A stretch of 63,595 bases of DNA, counting the filler, from Octopus bimaculoides (taxonomy: Eukaryota): the NCBI RefSeq assembly GCF_001194135.2. It is 6 parts of 4 records of this genome, joined end to end, with 100 filler letters (N's around TTAATTAATTAA, not from the genome) between each part and the next. Parts side by side here need not be neighbours in the genome. Positions count along the whole stretch, not along the records: positions 13,854 to 22,259 come from NC_068986.1; positions 22,360 to 49,779 come from NC_068987.1; 4 more parts are not named here. One strand, 5' to 3'. This document shows, piece after piece, positions 14,268 to 28,469 of this stretch (position 1 is its first letter; each line of letters begins with the position of its first letter). The position numbers were made by a program, and so were the translations under genes. The notes beneath the pieces were generated by a model that did not search any database, was not told the origin of the DNA, and saw nothing but the letters and a program-made list of their open reading frames with translations.

Positions 14268-15988
14268 CTGGGTTAAAGAACAACAAAAATAAGAATATAT
14301 GATTAAACAAGAATAGCAATAAAGTGAGATGAATGGTCGATGCTGGTTTAAATTCATTTGGAAGGACTGAAATATTTTCGCAGAATTTTGGGATTCATTT
14401 TTGTTATATTTGGGGACGGTCATTTTGTTTTTTGCCAATCAAACACGCACACTGTTTTTTTTTTAATCCCCACTTTAGTTTTTATTCTTATTATATTTAG
14501 TTTATATGTCTGTCAATGCTCTTTCGTTGCATGTTCTGCAACCTCATCAGTGACTCTCTGTTCCACCTGTCTCCTTTTGTCCGACTTATCCGCAAATAAA
14601 TAGTGCATGAGTTTAATTGGCAAAAAAAAAAAGAAAAAAAAGCGTGGTAAGAAGCTTGCTTCCTAACCACATTGTTCCGGTTTGAGACAAGCAGCTGTCC
14701 AATGAAATAGCCAGTGCCATAATCGGGAACAGTTTCTGGCACCTAACCATTCATCATCACTCCAGCTGAAGGCTTATAATCGGAAATTATTCCCCCACCC
14801 TGTTGTATTTTGTAACGGGAGTTTCTCTCAAGGACAGTAACCTGTGGAAAGCATAGAGTGACTGAGTTGCCCAAACATCAGAATCTCCCTCTCTGTGTTG
14901 CTGATAATATCTAAAGGAAAGATAGATAAAATGTTTGGTTCCATGATCGGTTATTTACTGAGCACAACGCGAATCTTCTGGTTCGTCATCTCACTTCTTT
15001 TGAATTAATAACATGAAATTAGTTCATTAATGTATGTTGATATCGATAATTAAATTTACTGGCCAATGCGATGAATGTTCCTGGCATGAAGTATTTTAAA
15101 TTTTTCAGAGTTTAGATTTCTCGTGAATTGTTCAGGAACCTGTTGGAGGGGGGGGGGGAATTACAGCATAGTGGAATGTGCCTTGTAGCGTATGTTTCTA
15201 CAAGTTTTGTGGGCTTTTTTTCCTTCTACTCTTTTTGTGAGTTAATTAATTTTAGGGAACCGATAAGGAAGATGGCTTGCTATTGTCGTATGGAAGTTGT
15301 GGTTTGAAGTTGTTATTGTGGCATGGAACATGGCATCCCAGTTACTATAATTATTGATACTTGATATTACTAATTACTTCTACTGTGTTTAATCTTTGTT
15401 TTTATCGAATGTTTGTAGTCTATACTGAATAAAAATATGCGGTAGATTCTGTTTTCCATTAATTTATTTCTAACGTTATTTCTTTGTATACTTTCATGGT
15501 GTTTAGTTTTATTTAAGCAGCTTATGGAATTGTGTTATTTGCTTGAAGTTAGTCACTATCAGTTTCAGTTGTTTAATTATAATTATACTTTTTGGATAAT
15601 GTTCTTTGCGATATTTCTACAATTTTTGTTGTTGCGTGTATGTCGATGAAAACAGTGTAGATATGGAATTACAATTCTACAACTAAGATTATGAAATTAC
15701 AAATCTTCAAACTATAATTCCACATCTTGGTAGAAGTGACTAACCCAAGTTGTTTTGAAAATTTTGTAAGGGATTTTATTTCGGTTTGTGTGTTGTTAGG
15801 TTGCAGAAGAAGAATAGAATCGCATAAAGAGTTGGTAACGCTATTCCGTTTCTCTTGTTTTCAAAAGTCTCAAACATTTAAAAAAAAAACTTATTAACAT
15901 ATAAGATATCAATCACTATAAATTTTCATCGCTGTCGTTAATTGGTTTTCTTACACAATCGACGCTGCCCCCATTTTCCTTCTGTCCT

Positions 15989-16106
<118 letters not shown>

Positions 16107-16623
16107 NNNNNNNNNNNNNNNNNNNNNNNNNNNNNNNNNNNNNNNNNNNNNNNNNNNNNNNNNNNNNNNNNNNNNNNNNNNNNNNNNNNNNNNNNNNNNN
16201 NNNNNNNNNNNNNNNNNNNNNNNNNNNNNNNNNNNNNNNNNNNNNNNNNNNNNNNNNNNNNNNNNNNNNNNNNNNNNNNNNNNNNNNNNNNNNNNNNNNN
16301 NNNNNNNNNNNNNNNNNNNNNNNNNNNNNNNNNNNNNNNNNNNNNNNNNNNNNNNNNNNNNNNNNNNNNNNNNNNNNNNNNNNNNNNNNNNNNNNNNNNN
16401 NNNNNNNNNNNNNNNNNNNNNNNNNNNNNNNNNNNNNNNNNNNNNNNNNNNNNNNNNNNNNNNNNNNNNNNNNNNNNNNNNNNNNNNNNNNNNNNNNNNN
16501 NNNNNNNNNNNNNNNNNNNNNNNNNNNNNNNNNNNNNNNNNNNNNNNNNNNNNNNNNNNNNNNNNNNNNNNNNNNNNNNNNNNNNNNNNNNNNNNNNNNN
16601 NNNNNNNNNNNNNNNNNNNNNNN

Positions 16624-16699
<76 letters not shown>

Positions 16700-17457
16700 T
16701 GTATGTGCGTGTAAAGTTAAAAAGTGGGGTAAAACTGCCACAAAGGAATCTCTCACATTAGAAGGTATTTACTTATAATCTATTAGATTTGTATGTAAGT
16801 AGTTACTCAACACAAAAGAATAAGAATGAATAAAAATAAAAAATAACGAAGAAAGAACAAAAAGAAAACCGAGATCAATGGCCGCCGCTGCTGGTAGCCA
16901 TTTGTAAAACGATTATCTCCCTCCTCGCTTTAATTGTCACATTCTCCTACTGCACCCCTCTTTGCCATTACGCTTTCTGTTGGCGTTCCTTTTACCCATT
17001 TCATACATCATGTTTCACCTGCAGGTAAACTTGACAGTAGTTATTTGCATATGTTTCGTAAATATATGCGAAAATGAGTGACTGCGAGTAAGATAGATGT
17101 ATATGATAGACTTTTACGTATACATATATTCATTAGTTGCGTGTATAGATCTATATATAGACATGTGTATATATGTGTGAGGGTGAACATATATACATAT
17201 AAGTCAATATGTATAGACATATAAATACACTCATACACACACACACACATATATATATATAGAGAGAGAGATAGATATATATATATATAGATAGATAGAT
17301 AGATAGATAGATATACATATGTATTCTATGCTTCGTCTCTCTCTCTCTCTCTCTCTTTCTATATATATATTTGTGTGTGAGTTTGTGTATGTGTATGTGT
17401 GTGTGTATGTGTGGACATATATACATATACACACATTTATATATACCTCATTTATAT

Positions 17458-17510
<53 letters not shown>

Positions 17511-18891
17511 AAAACAAATAGTAAATGAGTATATGCATATATACGTACAGGTATGTGCATACCGACATCCACCTGTATGTATAGGTGCATATCTGGGTAC
17601 NNNNNNNNNNNNNNNNNNNNNNNNNNNNNNNNNNNNNNNNNNNNNNNNNNNNNNNNNNNNNNNNNNNNNNNNNNNNNNNNNNNNNNNNNNNNNNNNNNNN
17701 NNNNNNNNNNNNNNNNNNNNNNNNNNNNNNNNNNNNNNNNNNNNNNNNNNNNNNNNNNNNNNNNNNNNNNNNNNNNNNNNNNNNNNNNNNNNNNNNNNNN
17801 NNNNNNNNNNNNNNNNNNNNNNNNNNNNNNNNNNNNNNNNNNNNNNNNNNNNNNNNNNNNNNNNNNNNNNNNNNNNNNNNNNNNNNNNNNNNNNNNNNNN
17901 NNCTTCCCATGGACCACAAATTAAATTTGTATACACAAATTAAATCTTGCCATGGAGGAATGTCGTGGCGGACAAAAAACAAGACAGGAAAACAAACAGA
18001 AAAGGCTTTACGGCCAGACGAGAAAAATTGTTTGTGTATGAACGCTGTGAGGTACGAACTTGAAAGTAGGGACGAAATGGTTCGTGGGTTTGCTCGGCGA
18101 CAGCCAAGGAAGAAAAGGATTATTAACCGGAAGCATGTGACCATGCCGGTGTAAGGGGAAGAGGGAGAGTGGCAGAGGGAGAAACAAAGGGAGGAAGTAG
18201 AAGAATAGGTGAGCAACGAGAGGAAAAGAGAAAGAGAGGAAGTACGAGGGAGAAAAAAGAGATACGTAGTAGTAACAGAGGAAGAACGAGAGGGATAAAG
18301 TGAGATACGTAGTAGTAAAGAGGAAGAACGAGAGGGGGAAAGACAAAGTAATATGAGTTACGCAACCAACTTCATTAACTTAGGATTGTTTCTGCTATGA
18401 GAAGCTGTGTACTCAGATCTGAGTCCCTGTGCAACATCCTATGTCTTCCTCGGAGGCATTATCTCCCTCAGTTACGACGACATATGTCCCGTTTGATTTT
18501 ATCTACAGGCTAACCTAGTCGTGAAATTAATGTACAAGTGGCTGGGCAACCCACAAACACGCGTACCCTTAGCATAGTTCTCAGGGAGATTTCGTGTGAG
18601 AAAAGATGTAAGAAAGGCACGTCTCAATTTTGCCAGCTGAGTGGACTGGAGCAACGTGAAATAAAATATTTTGCACAAGGAAACAACGCGTCGCTGTGAA
18701 TGGAACTGACGATCTTATGATCGTGAGGTGAGTACCCTAACCACTAAGCCATGCACTTTCATCATCTTACATAAATGTATACATATATGCATGCAAGCAT
18801 ACATATATTCATACATTCATACATCCATACACACATGCAAGCATACGTATATTTATATATGCATGCATGTATGCACACATACATACATACA

Positions 18892-18924
<33 letters not shown>

Positions 18925-20133
18925 GCATACATACATACAAGCAATCACTGAAACTATAAAAAACTGCAAAAGTTAGCAGTTACGTACTGGGGTCGATTTA
19001 ATCGACTGGCCCCCTCCTCCAATTAATTTCGGGCCTTGTGCCTAGAGTAGAAAAGATTTACGGGTTAATTTGTTCCCGGAGACCGTTCGTAAAGCGATAA
19101 CTCGAGGAAACAGAGCAATACATTTCCATAATAAGAATGTTATACACCGTAATTTGTTCCCAGAAAAATATTTTTACCTATAAAATTTATAATAAATGGC
19201 AATACAGCAACAGTAGAATTTAGAAAATATTTTATGTAAAGTAAAATGAATGTNNNNNNNNNNNNNNNNNNNNNNNNNNNNNNNNNNNNNNNNNNNNNNN
19301 NNNNNNNNNNNNNNNNNNNNNNNNNNNNNNNNNNNNNNNNNNNNNNNNNNNNNNNNNNNNNNNNNNNNNNNNNNNNNNNNNNNNNNNNNNNNNNNNNNNN
19401 NNNNNNNNNNNNNNNNNNNNNNNNNNNNNNNNNNNNNNNNNNNNNNNNNNNNNNNNNNNNNNNNNNNNNNNNNNNNNNNNNNNNNNNNNNNNNNNNNNNN
19501 NNNNNNNNNNNNNNNNNNNNNNNNNNNNNNNNNNNNNNNNNNNNNNNNNNNNNNNNNNNNNNNNNNNNNNNNNNNNNNNNNNNNNNNNNNNNNNNNNNNN
19601 NNNNNNNNNNNNNNNNNNNNNNNNNNNNNNNNNNNNNNNNNNNNNNNNNNNNNNNNNNNNNNNNNNNNNNNNNNNNNNNNNNNNNNNNNNNNNNNNNNNN
19701 NNNNNNNNNNNNNNNNNNNNNNNNNNNNNNNNNNNNNNNNNNNNNNNNNNNNNNNNNNNNNNNNNNNNNNNNNNNNNNNNNNNNNNNNNNNNNNNNNNNN
19801 NNNNNNNNNNNNNNNNNNNNNNNNNNNNNNNNNNNNNNNNNNNNNNNNNNNNNNNNNNNNNNNNNNNNNNNNNNNNNNNNNNNNNNNNNNNNNNNNNNNN
19901 NNNNNNNNNNNNNNNNNNNNNNNNNNNNNNNNNNNNNNNNNNNNNNNNNNNNNNNNNNNNNNNNNNNNNNNNNNNNNNNNNNNNNNNNNNNNNNNNNNNN
20001 NNNNNNNNNNNNNNNNNNNNNNNNNNNNNNNNNNNNNNNNNNNNNNNNNNNNNNNNNNNNNNNNNNNNNNNNNNNNNNNNNNNNNNNNNNNNNNNNNNNN
20101 NNNNNNNNNNNNNNNNNNNNNNNNNNNNNNNNN

Positions 20134-20201
<68 letters not shown>

Positions 20202-22359
20202 TAGTCTTGGATATAGACACTTCTGATGCAGCTTCCATATGGGGCGAAAATCGTTTGAGGCTGTTTCGTTATTTTGTTTCAGTCTCCGAAGGAATTGGTA
20301 AAGTTGATATGTTTGTAATTCTACATGTAAGTTTACTTACACATGTATACATACATACATACATACATACATACATACATACATACATACATGTGTATGT
20401 GTGTATACATATATATTACATAGTATATATTTATATACATAATCTCGCACCCCTCACACGCACACATATCAGAGAGGCAACCATAACCAATTTCCCGCTT
20501 ATGGGTGGAGTAATTAGACATGAATATATGTTCATTTCCTGTTGTTTACCTGTTTACAGTCAGGTAATCTAAGTACAGAAATATGACTAATTATAGCTAC
20601 ATTTCTATGTAATTCCCAATTTAAAAAGATATATAACATGATACAGATAACTACCTGAACTCGAATTCAACAGTCCCCTTCTGTTTTATAGCAAAAATTC
20701 TATTTTTGTTGTGTCTGGGGAGAGTCATTTTCTTTTCGTGCCTTCCGAAACTCTGAGATAGAAAAAGGAATAGGAAAAGTAATGTGTTATTTGGATATCG
20801 CTCACAAACACACGTTCGCGCGCATATCAGCTTTCCGTATAATTCGTCAACACCAACTCAACACCACCACCACCACCACCGCTACCATTAGCACCCATCC
20901 GCATCAACAACAAGTCCAGATTCTGTGGCCTTGTACCTACGTAACAAATTATCTTTATGAAATCATCGTTATCATCATCATAATTATCATGTTAGGCACA
21001 CAGATTGTTTGTGTGAGAGAGAGAGGGAGAAGCAGAGATAGACAAAAAGAGTGTTATGTGTGTGTGTGAGAGAGAGGGAGAGATAGAGACAGAGACAGAC
21101 AGATAGAGTGTATGTGTGTGTGTGAGAGAGAGAGAAAGAGAGGGAAATAAAATGCGTGTGATATGCAGATAAGGAGACTGAAAGGAGGAAAGAAGGAAGA
21201 GATAGAACATTCGAAAGATGCAAACACACCATGTTAGCCACGTCAATGTTGACAAATATGGCGGAAGGAAAATACCTTCATTGGAGCGCGGTCATGCTAG
21301 GGCACAGCATAGTATGTTTTAGTCACACAAATCAATCCCAGGACTTATTTTTACTGCTACATAGCCTATCGGTCTATTTCGCCGAACCGCAAACTGAGAG
21401 GGAAGTAAACGAACCAACAGCGGTCTTCAAGAAGTGTTGGAGTAAACACAAACACAAAGACACGGACATACGTATAAATGCACGCATGCACACACACAAG
21501 CAAACATACACACACACACACACACACGCACGCACACATATTTATATATAAAGAGATTCCTCACAGTTTTCCTCTAAGAAATTCACTCATAACACATTAG
21601 CCGGCCTAAAGCTATAGTAGAAGTCACTTGCTCAAACTACCACGCAGTGGGATTGAACGTGAGACCATACTCTTGCAAAGCTTTCTTCTTAGTCACACAG
21701 TCGGTCATTCAGAAAAATAAATACCAATACGGTGCCTGTCTCAGAGTGGATGTCAGGAGTGGCTGTGTGGTAAGTAGCTTGCTTACCAACCACATGGTTT
21801 TGGGGTCAGTCCCACTGCGTAGCACCTTGGGCAAGTGTCTTCTAGTATAGCCTCGGGCCGACCAAAGCCTTGTGAGTGGATTTGGTAGACGGAAATATAT
21901 ATGTATATATTTATGCTTGTCCCCCTACCATCGTTTGGCAACCGATGTTGGTATGTCTACGTCCCCGTAACCTAGCGGTTCGGCAAAACAGACCGATAGA
22001 ATAAGTTACAAAGAATAAGTGCAGGGGTTGGTTTGTTCGACTTAAGGCGGTGCTCCAGCATGGATACAGTCAAATGACTGAAACAGATAAAAGAGTACAA
22101 GAACCCAAAAGACTTTATAACATTTTTCTGACATAATTTAAATATATACTTTAACAATGTAACACAAGCCTTCTGTAGTTTTTTCACTCTTATTATCTTT
22201 TATATATTTATATATATATACATAAGTACATACAAAAATATACCTGCAAACACATGCGCNNNNNNNNNNNNNNNNNNNNNNNNNNNNNNNNNNNNNNNNN
22301 NNNTTAATTAATTAANNNNNNNNNNNNNNNNNNNNNNNNNNNNNNNNNNNNNNNNNNNN

Positions 22360-22390
<31 letters not shown>

Positions 22391-22531
22391 GCACAAATGT
22401 ATATATATAGATACATACATGTATATGTATACATGTATATGTGTAGATGTCTCTATATAGATGTACATGTAATATGTAAACACACATACACACACACATA
22501 TATATAAATATATACATGCACACATATATAC

Positions 22532-22583
<52 letters not shown>

Positions 22584-22936
22584 NNNNNNNNNNNNNNNNN
22601 NNNNNNNNNNNNNNNNNNNNNNNNNNNNNNNNNNNNNNNNNNNNNNNNNNNNNNNNNNNNNNNNNNNNNNNNNNNNNNNNNNNNNNNNNNNNNNNNNNNN
22701 NNNNNNNNNNNNNNNNNNNNNNNNNNNNNNNNNNNNNNNNNNNNNNNNNNNNNNNNNNNNNNNNNNNNNNNNNNNNNNNNNNNNNNNNNNNNNNNNNNNN
22801 NNNNNNNNNNNNNNNNNNNNNNNNNNNNNNNNNNNNNNNNNNNNNNNNNNNNNNNNNNNNNNNNNNNNNNNNNNNNNNNNNNNNNNNNNNNNNNNNNNNN
22901 NNNNNNNNNNNNNNNNNNNNNNNNNNNNNNNNNNNN

Positions 22937-22985
<49 letters not shown>

Positions 22986-23203
22986 GTGTATGTGTGTGTC
23001 TTTGTCTCTGTGTTTCTCCCTCATCACTGCTTCACAACTGCTGTTCGTTTATTTACATCTCCAAAACTTACTGATTTGACAAGAAGAAACTGATAGAATA
23101 AGTACCAGGCTTATCAAAATCGAAAAAGCACTAGGCAGTGTCTCACATTTTTCTTTGCCCACTCAGTTGTATCTGTACATGTATGTATATGTGTATATTC
23201 ATA

Positions 23204-24760
23204 TCTATTATATAAAAGTCAATGTCTTTATGTGTGTTCACGTGTTACTTATACATTCGAAAACTACTGCACCGATCCTAATGAAACTTGGAACACAAAA
23301 TCCAAACCTACGGAGATGGATAATGCTGTGTGTTTCATACAATTTCATGGACCAAAATTACTGAATGAATCCATATGATGTTTGAAACTTAGATTCAATG
23401 CATAAGGGCAGGTATAATGCAGTATGTTTGGTTTGAATTTGAGATGGCTTAAAGGGGGCAGAACCCCCATGTAAATTCATAAATCTTCGATGTTGATGAA
23501 ATTTCAACCCTGGGTAATGGACACACATCAAGATGTATTCTCAAACTTTCCACTTCTCATGAGGATTATAAGACCTCCTAATGGGGGCCTTAACTCCTAA
23601 ATTTTAGTCATTTTTTATGATCCAAAACTAGTTCAAAAGTATTGAATGAATCTTTATGAAATTTGGTAATTATATTCTATGCATAAGGGCCATAACCCCC
23701 ATGAAAATTCATACATTTTTGCTGTTGATGAAATTTTAACCATACATATAAGACACAAATGAAGTAATATTTCTAAAATTTCATCTTCTTAGAATGCAGT
23801 TGTACTCTTGGAAGCTGTAGGGTCACCCGAGCACAAAAGATGAGCGTTATTTGTAATTCAATGGTGCAACAGTGTAAAAGTTTGCTTTGAGATATACTTA
23901 CATTGTGATTTCTGCAATGTGGTGCATAAATTGTCAAGTAAATGAGAGGCATCTTTGCCTCCACTGATTCAGTTGCAAAGTGTTGAGTAAAGTCATTTCC
24001 TTGCAGACCTCCTTTGAGTCTTTTTATTATAACTGGGTCACACATAGTCCCCAGGTTGTAACATTGATTTCAAGGCCTTCCCAGATGAGTAACTGGTTAT
24101 TTATTATAACTGGGTCACACATAGTCCCCAGGTTGTAACATTGATTTCAAGGCCTTCCCAGATGAGTAACTGGTTATTCAAAGACAATTATAGATTGGAA
24201 ATTTATTCTGTCCAGTTACCTATCGGTATAGTGGTCAGTTGCAAACTCCAGAGGTGACACTTTCATTTCCCCTTAGCCCTCACGTCACACAGTTGTTAAT
24301 GTTTATTTCAGTTGGGTCATCCCCTTCCAATTGCTATAGATCCGTAATGCATCTTACAGCTGTGCCCGTCACCTGTATGGTGAGGAATTCTACATTGGGG
24401 AGTAGTAATGACTAGGGTAGGGTAGCTGACTGCTTATTGTAATCATTCGTCTTTTGGTTTCCTGTAGCTTTGCTCTCTTTTACAAACCCAGTGAATATAC
24501 ATATATTTCCCATTTCAAAGAAATTTGAACAATAGATATAACACTCAAGTCAAAAAGATTCTCAACAATTCAACTTCTCTGGTTGACATTAAGACACCCA
24601 CCCTCAATAGGGGCCTTAACTCCCACATTTTAGAGCTCCATGACCTCCATTTTTCAGGAGCAAAATCCTTTTAACAGGTTCCATAAGACTGGAATTTTGG
24701 AATCTGTGCATAAAGATCAGTAGTATGGGATACATGTCATGATTAGAATTTTTTTACGGT
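23204..24760 (+). mobile_element. Possible non-autonomous Helitron-like element with internal repeats
   Basis: Starts TCTATTATATAAAAG..tgtgtgt..AAAACTACTGCACCGATCCTAATGAAACTTGG, resembling the 5' ends of non-autonomous Helitron-type elements. It has internal duplicated blocks (ccccatg.aaattcata..gatgaaattt; ggggccttaactcc..attttag). The 3' boundary is uncertain. Confidence 0.4.
24024..24178 (+). repeat. Perfect 77-bp tandem duplication
   Basis: ttattataactgggtcacacatagtccccagg..gagtaactggttat begins at both 24024 and 24101. Confidence 0.9.
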
Positions 24761-24849
24761 GTGTAAAGGGGGAAAGAACTGTCATCTGCAATTTCGATGA
24801 AATTCGAATCATAGGTATTCCAGTTCATTAGAGAAAATATAACAGAGAA

Positions 24850-24882
<33 letters not shown>

Positions 24883-24897
24883 TATGTGTGTGTGTGT

Positions 24898-25165
24898 GTG
24901 GAGGCGCAATGGCCCAGTGGTTAGGGCAGCGGACTCNNNNNNNNNNCTTTCTCTCACTCTTACTTCCTGTTTCTGTTGTGCCTGTAATTCAAAGTGTCAG
25001 CCTTGTCACACTGTGTCATGCTGAATATCCCCGAGAACTACGTTAAGGGTACATGTGTCTGTGGAGTGCTCAGCCACTTGCACGTTAATTTCACGAGCAG
25101 GCTGTTCCGTTGATCGAATCAACTGGAACCCTCGACGTCGTAAGTGACGGAATGCCAACAACAAG
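24898..25165 (+). mobile_element. tRNA-headed SINE family C (ggcgcaatggcccagtggttagggc..)
   Basis: A-box-like head plus a body shared with 122-290 (+), 18500-18755 (-) and 40880-41165 (-). Interrupted by a short N gap. Confidence 0.6.
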
Positions 25166-25619
25166 ATGTATATAACAAACTTTGGTTGTAGAACAAACAA
25201 CAAATTCAAGGTCATCCAACTAATATATCATATCTTGAACATTTAATCACATATAAGGAAACATATACATAGAATACGGATGTACAAAATCACAGAAGAT
25301 GAAAACATTACTTCATTTAGACAGGCATATAGAAAAAAGTAAGTACAGTCTATCGCGTATAAAAAAATATATTTTTTAAAAATTAATAAATTAATACTAC
25401 GGTGTCTAGAAAATTTTTTTTTTAACATTATAAAACCTAAAGTAAGATAATAAATATATAAAAATATAAATATATATATATAAATATAAAAATACCTATG
25501 TAAGAAACATATAAATACATAAGATATAGAATATAGATAAAAGTTCATTGATTAAGAATTTTTTATGATTAGAAGTTACTTTTTAAGGTAAAAGGAAACC
25601 TTTTAAGAAACGCCGGTCT

Positions 25620-28345
25620 CCAGGTAAAAAAGAGACAAAAAACCATATTTACAGTCCTTATGGCAATTTCAGGGGTTCATTAACCAACGTAGTCAATGCA
25701 CGAGGGTGCATTATGGTAATGACTCCTTCGTCAGGGGAAAACATTGACACCACATACCATTTTTTTTTTTAAAGGCAATGCATCATTGCATGTTTTCTTT
25801 TATAANNNNNNNNNNNNNNNNNNNNNNNNNNNNNNNNNNNNNNNNNNNNNNNNNNNNNNNNNNNNNNNNNNNNNNNNNNNNNNNNNNNNNNNNNNNNNNN
25901 NNNNNNNNNNNNNNNNNNNNNNNNNNNNNNNNNNNNNNNNNNNNNNNNNNNNNNNNNNNNNNNNNNNNNNNNNNNNNNNNNNNNNNNNNNNNNNNNNNNA
26001 AGAGAAAAAAATTATTAATTATACAGGTGGCTGTATTAAAGTAAATTCAGCCTCGTCGGTTTCAATTACCTGTAACGACTAAATGATTTTATTATTTTGA
26101 CTTTTTATTCCTATACACTTTTAAGAAGGTGGACGAAAATTTATGGATGCAAAAAAGAATCACATCAGTAAATTTATTCAAGGTGTTTGGTCCAAAACAT
26201 TTAAGGATGGTAAGGGATTCCCTTATACACAGCTTACATTTGCTAATATTTCCTTTGAAGTTAGTGGTTCTAGAAATGATGGACCATTCTAGATAATAAT
26301 TCTTGTTATTCCTCTTCAAATCATGTATATGGGATGCAAGTGTGGTTGAGTTACAGTACTTATCCTTAGAAAACGAACTTATATGGGATCTATATCTAGC
26401 TTTAAAATCTACTGTACTACCTATATAGAATTTATTTAATTTATCTTCGTCCTTAACTACACATTTATATACGACGTTAGTAACCAGACAGGAACCATCC
26501 AAGGGACATAATTCAGGGTTTCTGAAATTACATTTCTTCCCAGGGCCTTTCCTAGTTTTATTTTTACTTTTACTTTTTGCATCATCAGTTCTTGCCAGGT
26601 TTCCGTCTATCATTCTATCAGATCTTCCCTTATTACTCAGATTCGATAAACCCAGTGAAGGCAAACTACTTGTACCACTGGCATTGGGTGTTACACAATT
26701 ATTATTCACAGGTCTGCGGTTACCCTCAGGGGAACGTTGCCAGCTCCCCTGCCCAACAAGTTTGCTTCTATTAATAGATGCTATAATCAAAGCGAAATTA
26801 GGCATTGCAGAGTAAGAGAACTTGATAGTTGACTTGTTACAAGTACTATAGTATTTGTGATTCCTTGGGAAGTTCTTCAAAATTCTAAAAAACATTTTTG
26901 GTAAGTTCCTTACCTAAGGGAAAACGGGGAGCGAACCAAATTACTTCCCTAATTTTAGACTGTGAACCTCCTGTTTTGTTTATCTCTTTGCTAACACTAT
27001 TACTATTCCTATACCTGTACCTATTCCCAACATCCCTAAACATGTTTCTACTCCAAGGCCTATTATTGCAGTCAGGTGATACTCTGTTTATTCTGAGCAA
27101 CCGTGATGTGTTTAAATGGCAAATCAGCCATTTTATTTTTTAATCTTGTATTAGGGGTATATGATATTTTAGCTTTGAATCCACTTAACTTTAGAGCATT
27201 ATTATATATCGGTGCATGTTGTTAAAAAATTTCTTCATTTGCAGATAAATTAGATATTCTTGTCGATATCGCCGTATTAATGCTGTCTATTGTAGATTTT
27301 GGGTGATTGGATGACACATTAATATATGATATCAATTTATTAGGCTTACAAAAGGGATAATAAAGACTGGTATTTAAACACAAGGTAACATCCAAAAAAT
27401 TCACCACTTGAGAATTCCCTCAAGAAGCTTCTCATCGATTTCTTTAATCTATTCAGTGCAGTCTTAGACATACCCGGCATGGCTAAAAGGGCATCATCCC
27501 TATACAATCCACCAGTGAGAGGAGGGAAACTTTTTTAATCTCTGAGAGTAGATGTAGGACCACTAAGTCAGTCACCTGTGCAGAATCTGATGACCCCATG
27601 GTTATATCAAAAAATTAGTGGAGTCAGCTCTCTGCCAATCGCCCTTGTTGTAGGAGATGAGTGTTTCTCTTGTCGTTAAAATTACCTCCATATCCGACTT
27701 AGGTAACTCCACAAACCTTTTTGCAAAAATTAATGCTTTGCTTAACAAAATAGGACTTATAGAGCTATAATAATTCGAAATGTCAAATTGTATAAAGTCA
27801 AGCTTATGTTTATCCCTGAGAGAGTCAAACCAAAGTATCATGTCTTCAGTACCCTTCCATAAGGGAAGCTGGAGCTTTTCTCTCACGGTTGGGATAATAT
27901 CATCGATAATAAATTTACTGATTCTGCCCAGATCAGACTTTGTCGGGTATATCAATCTAATCGAAGAATTAGATAAAAAATCAGGTTTATAGTCCTTCAA
28001 TAGGGCATGGAGAGTATTTGGAACGTAAGGTTGGGTTCTATCAAGCAGACCCAAACCAGAGATTATTTCTAGATGATTAGCGTTAATTTTATCTACGGCA
28101 GTTTTACATGCATGTTTATAGCCGCAGTTTAACTCCTTCAATATCAAATCGTTATACATCTTTGGTGGTACAGAGTAAATATTTCCAGTCTTATCAGACG
28201 ATACATGTAGGTCAGGAGATGATTTCATGGATGATATCTTCTGAGATAACACCTTCTGGAAGGGATTTGTGTATCTTAAAAATTTCAAATACTTAATTAA
28301 GTTCATCAAGTCCTGTTCAAATTTAGCAAGAGCTGGGTTGGACGG
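25620..28345 (-). mobile_element. Penelope-like retroelement (RT + C-terminal GIY-YIG endonuclease), frameshifted, Naiad-like
   Basis: RT pieces: LDFIQFDISNYYSSI, FDITMGSSDSAQVTDLV, GLYRDDALL (about 27490-27515), VNFLDVTL..YINVSSNHP. The endonuclease ORF 26092-26895 contains CNFRNPELCPLDGSCLVTNVVYKC..FYIGST..FKARYRSH. A hammerhead motif lies in the 3' tail. The 5' end is lost in an N gap. Confidence 0.9.
25655..25738 (-). ncRNA. Type-I hammerhead ribozyme motif in the Penelope-like 3' tail (partly degenerate)
   Basis: CTGACGA (25734-25728), extended stem II agg..tcatta/taatga..cct, GAAA (25670-25667), stem III AT-tgcc-AT, AUA triplet. Stem I tccc/agga has a first-pair mismatch. Confidence 0.55.
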
Positions 28346-28469
28346 NNNNNNNNNNNNNNNNNNNNNNNNNNNNNNNNNNNNNNNNNNNNNNNNNNNNNNN
28401 NNNNNNNNNNNNNNNNNNNNNNNNNNNNNNNNNNNNNNNNNNNNNATGTATATATATATAATGTGTCCA

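Noticed and set aside
20283-20297. 15-nt micro-exon-like segment (tttcag|TCTCCGAAGGAATTG|gtaaag); similar ones at 39131-39178 and 52161-52173
   Set aside because: AG..GT pairs of this kind arise frequently in AT-rich DNA, and no parent gene is evident.
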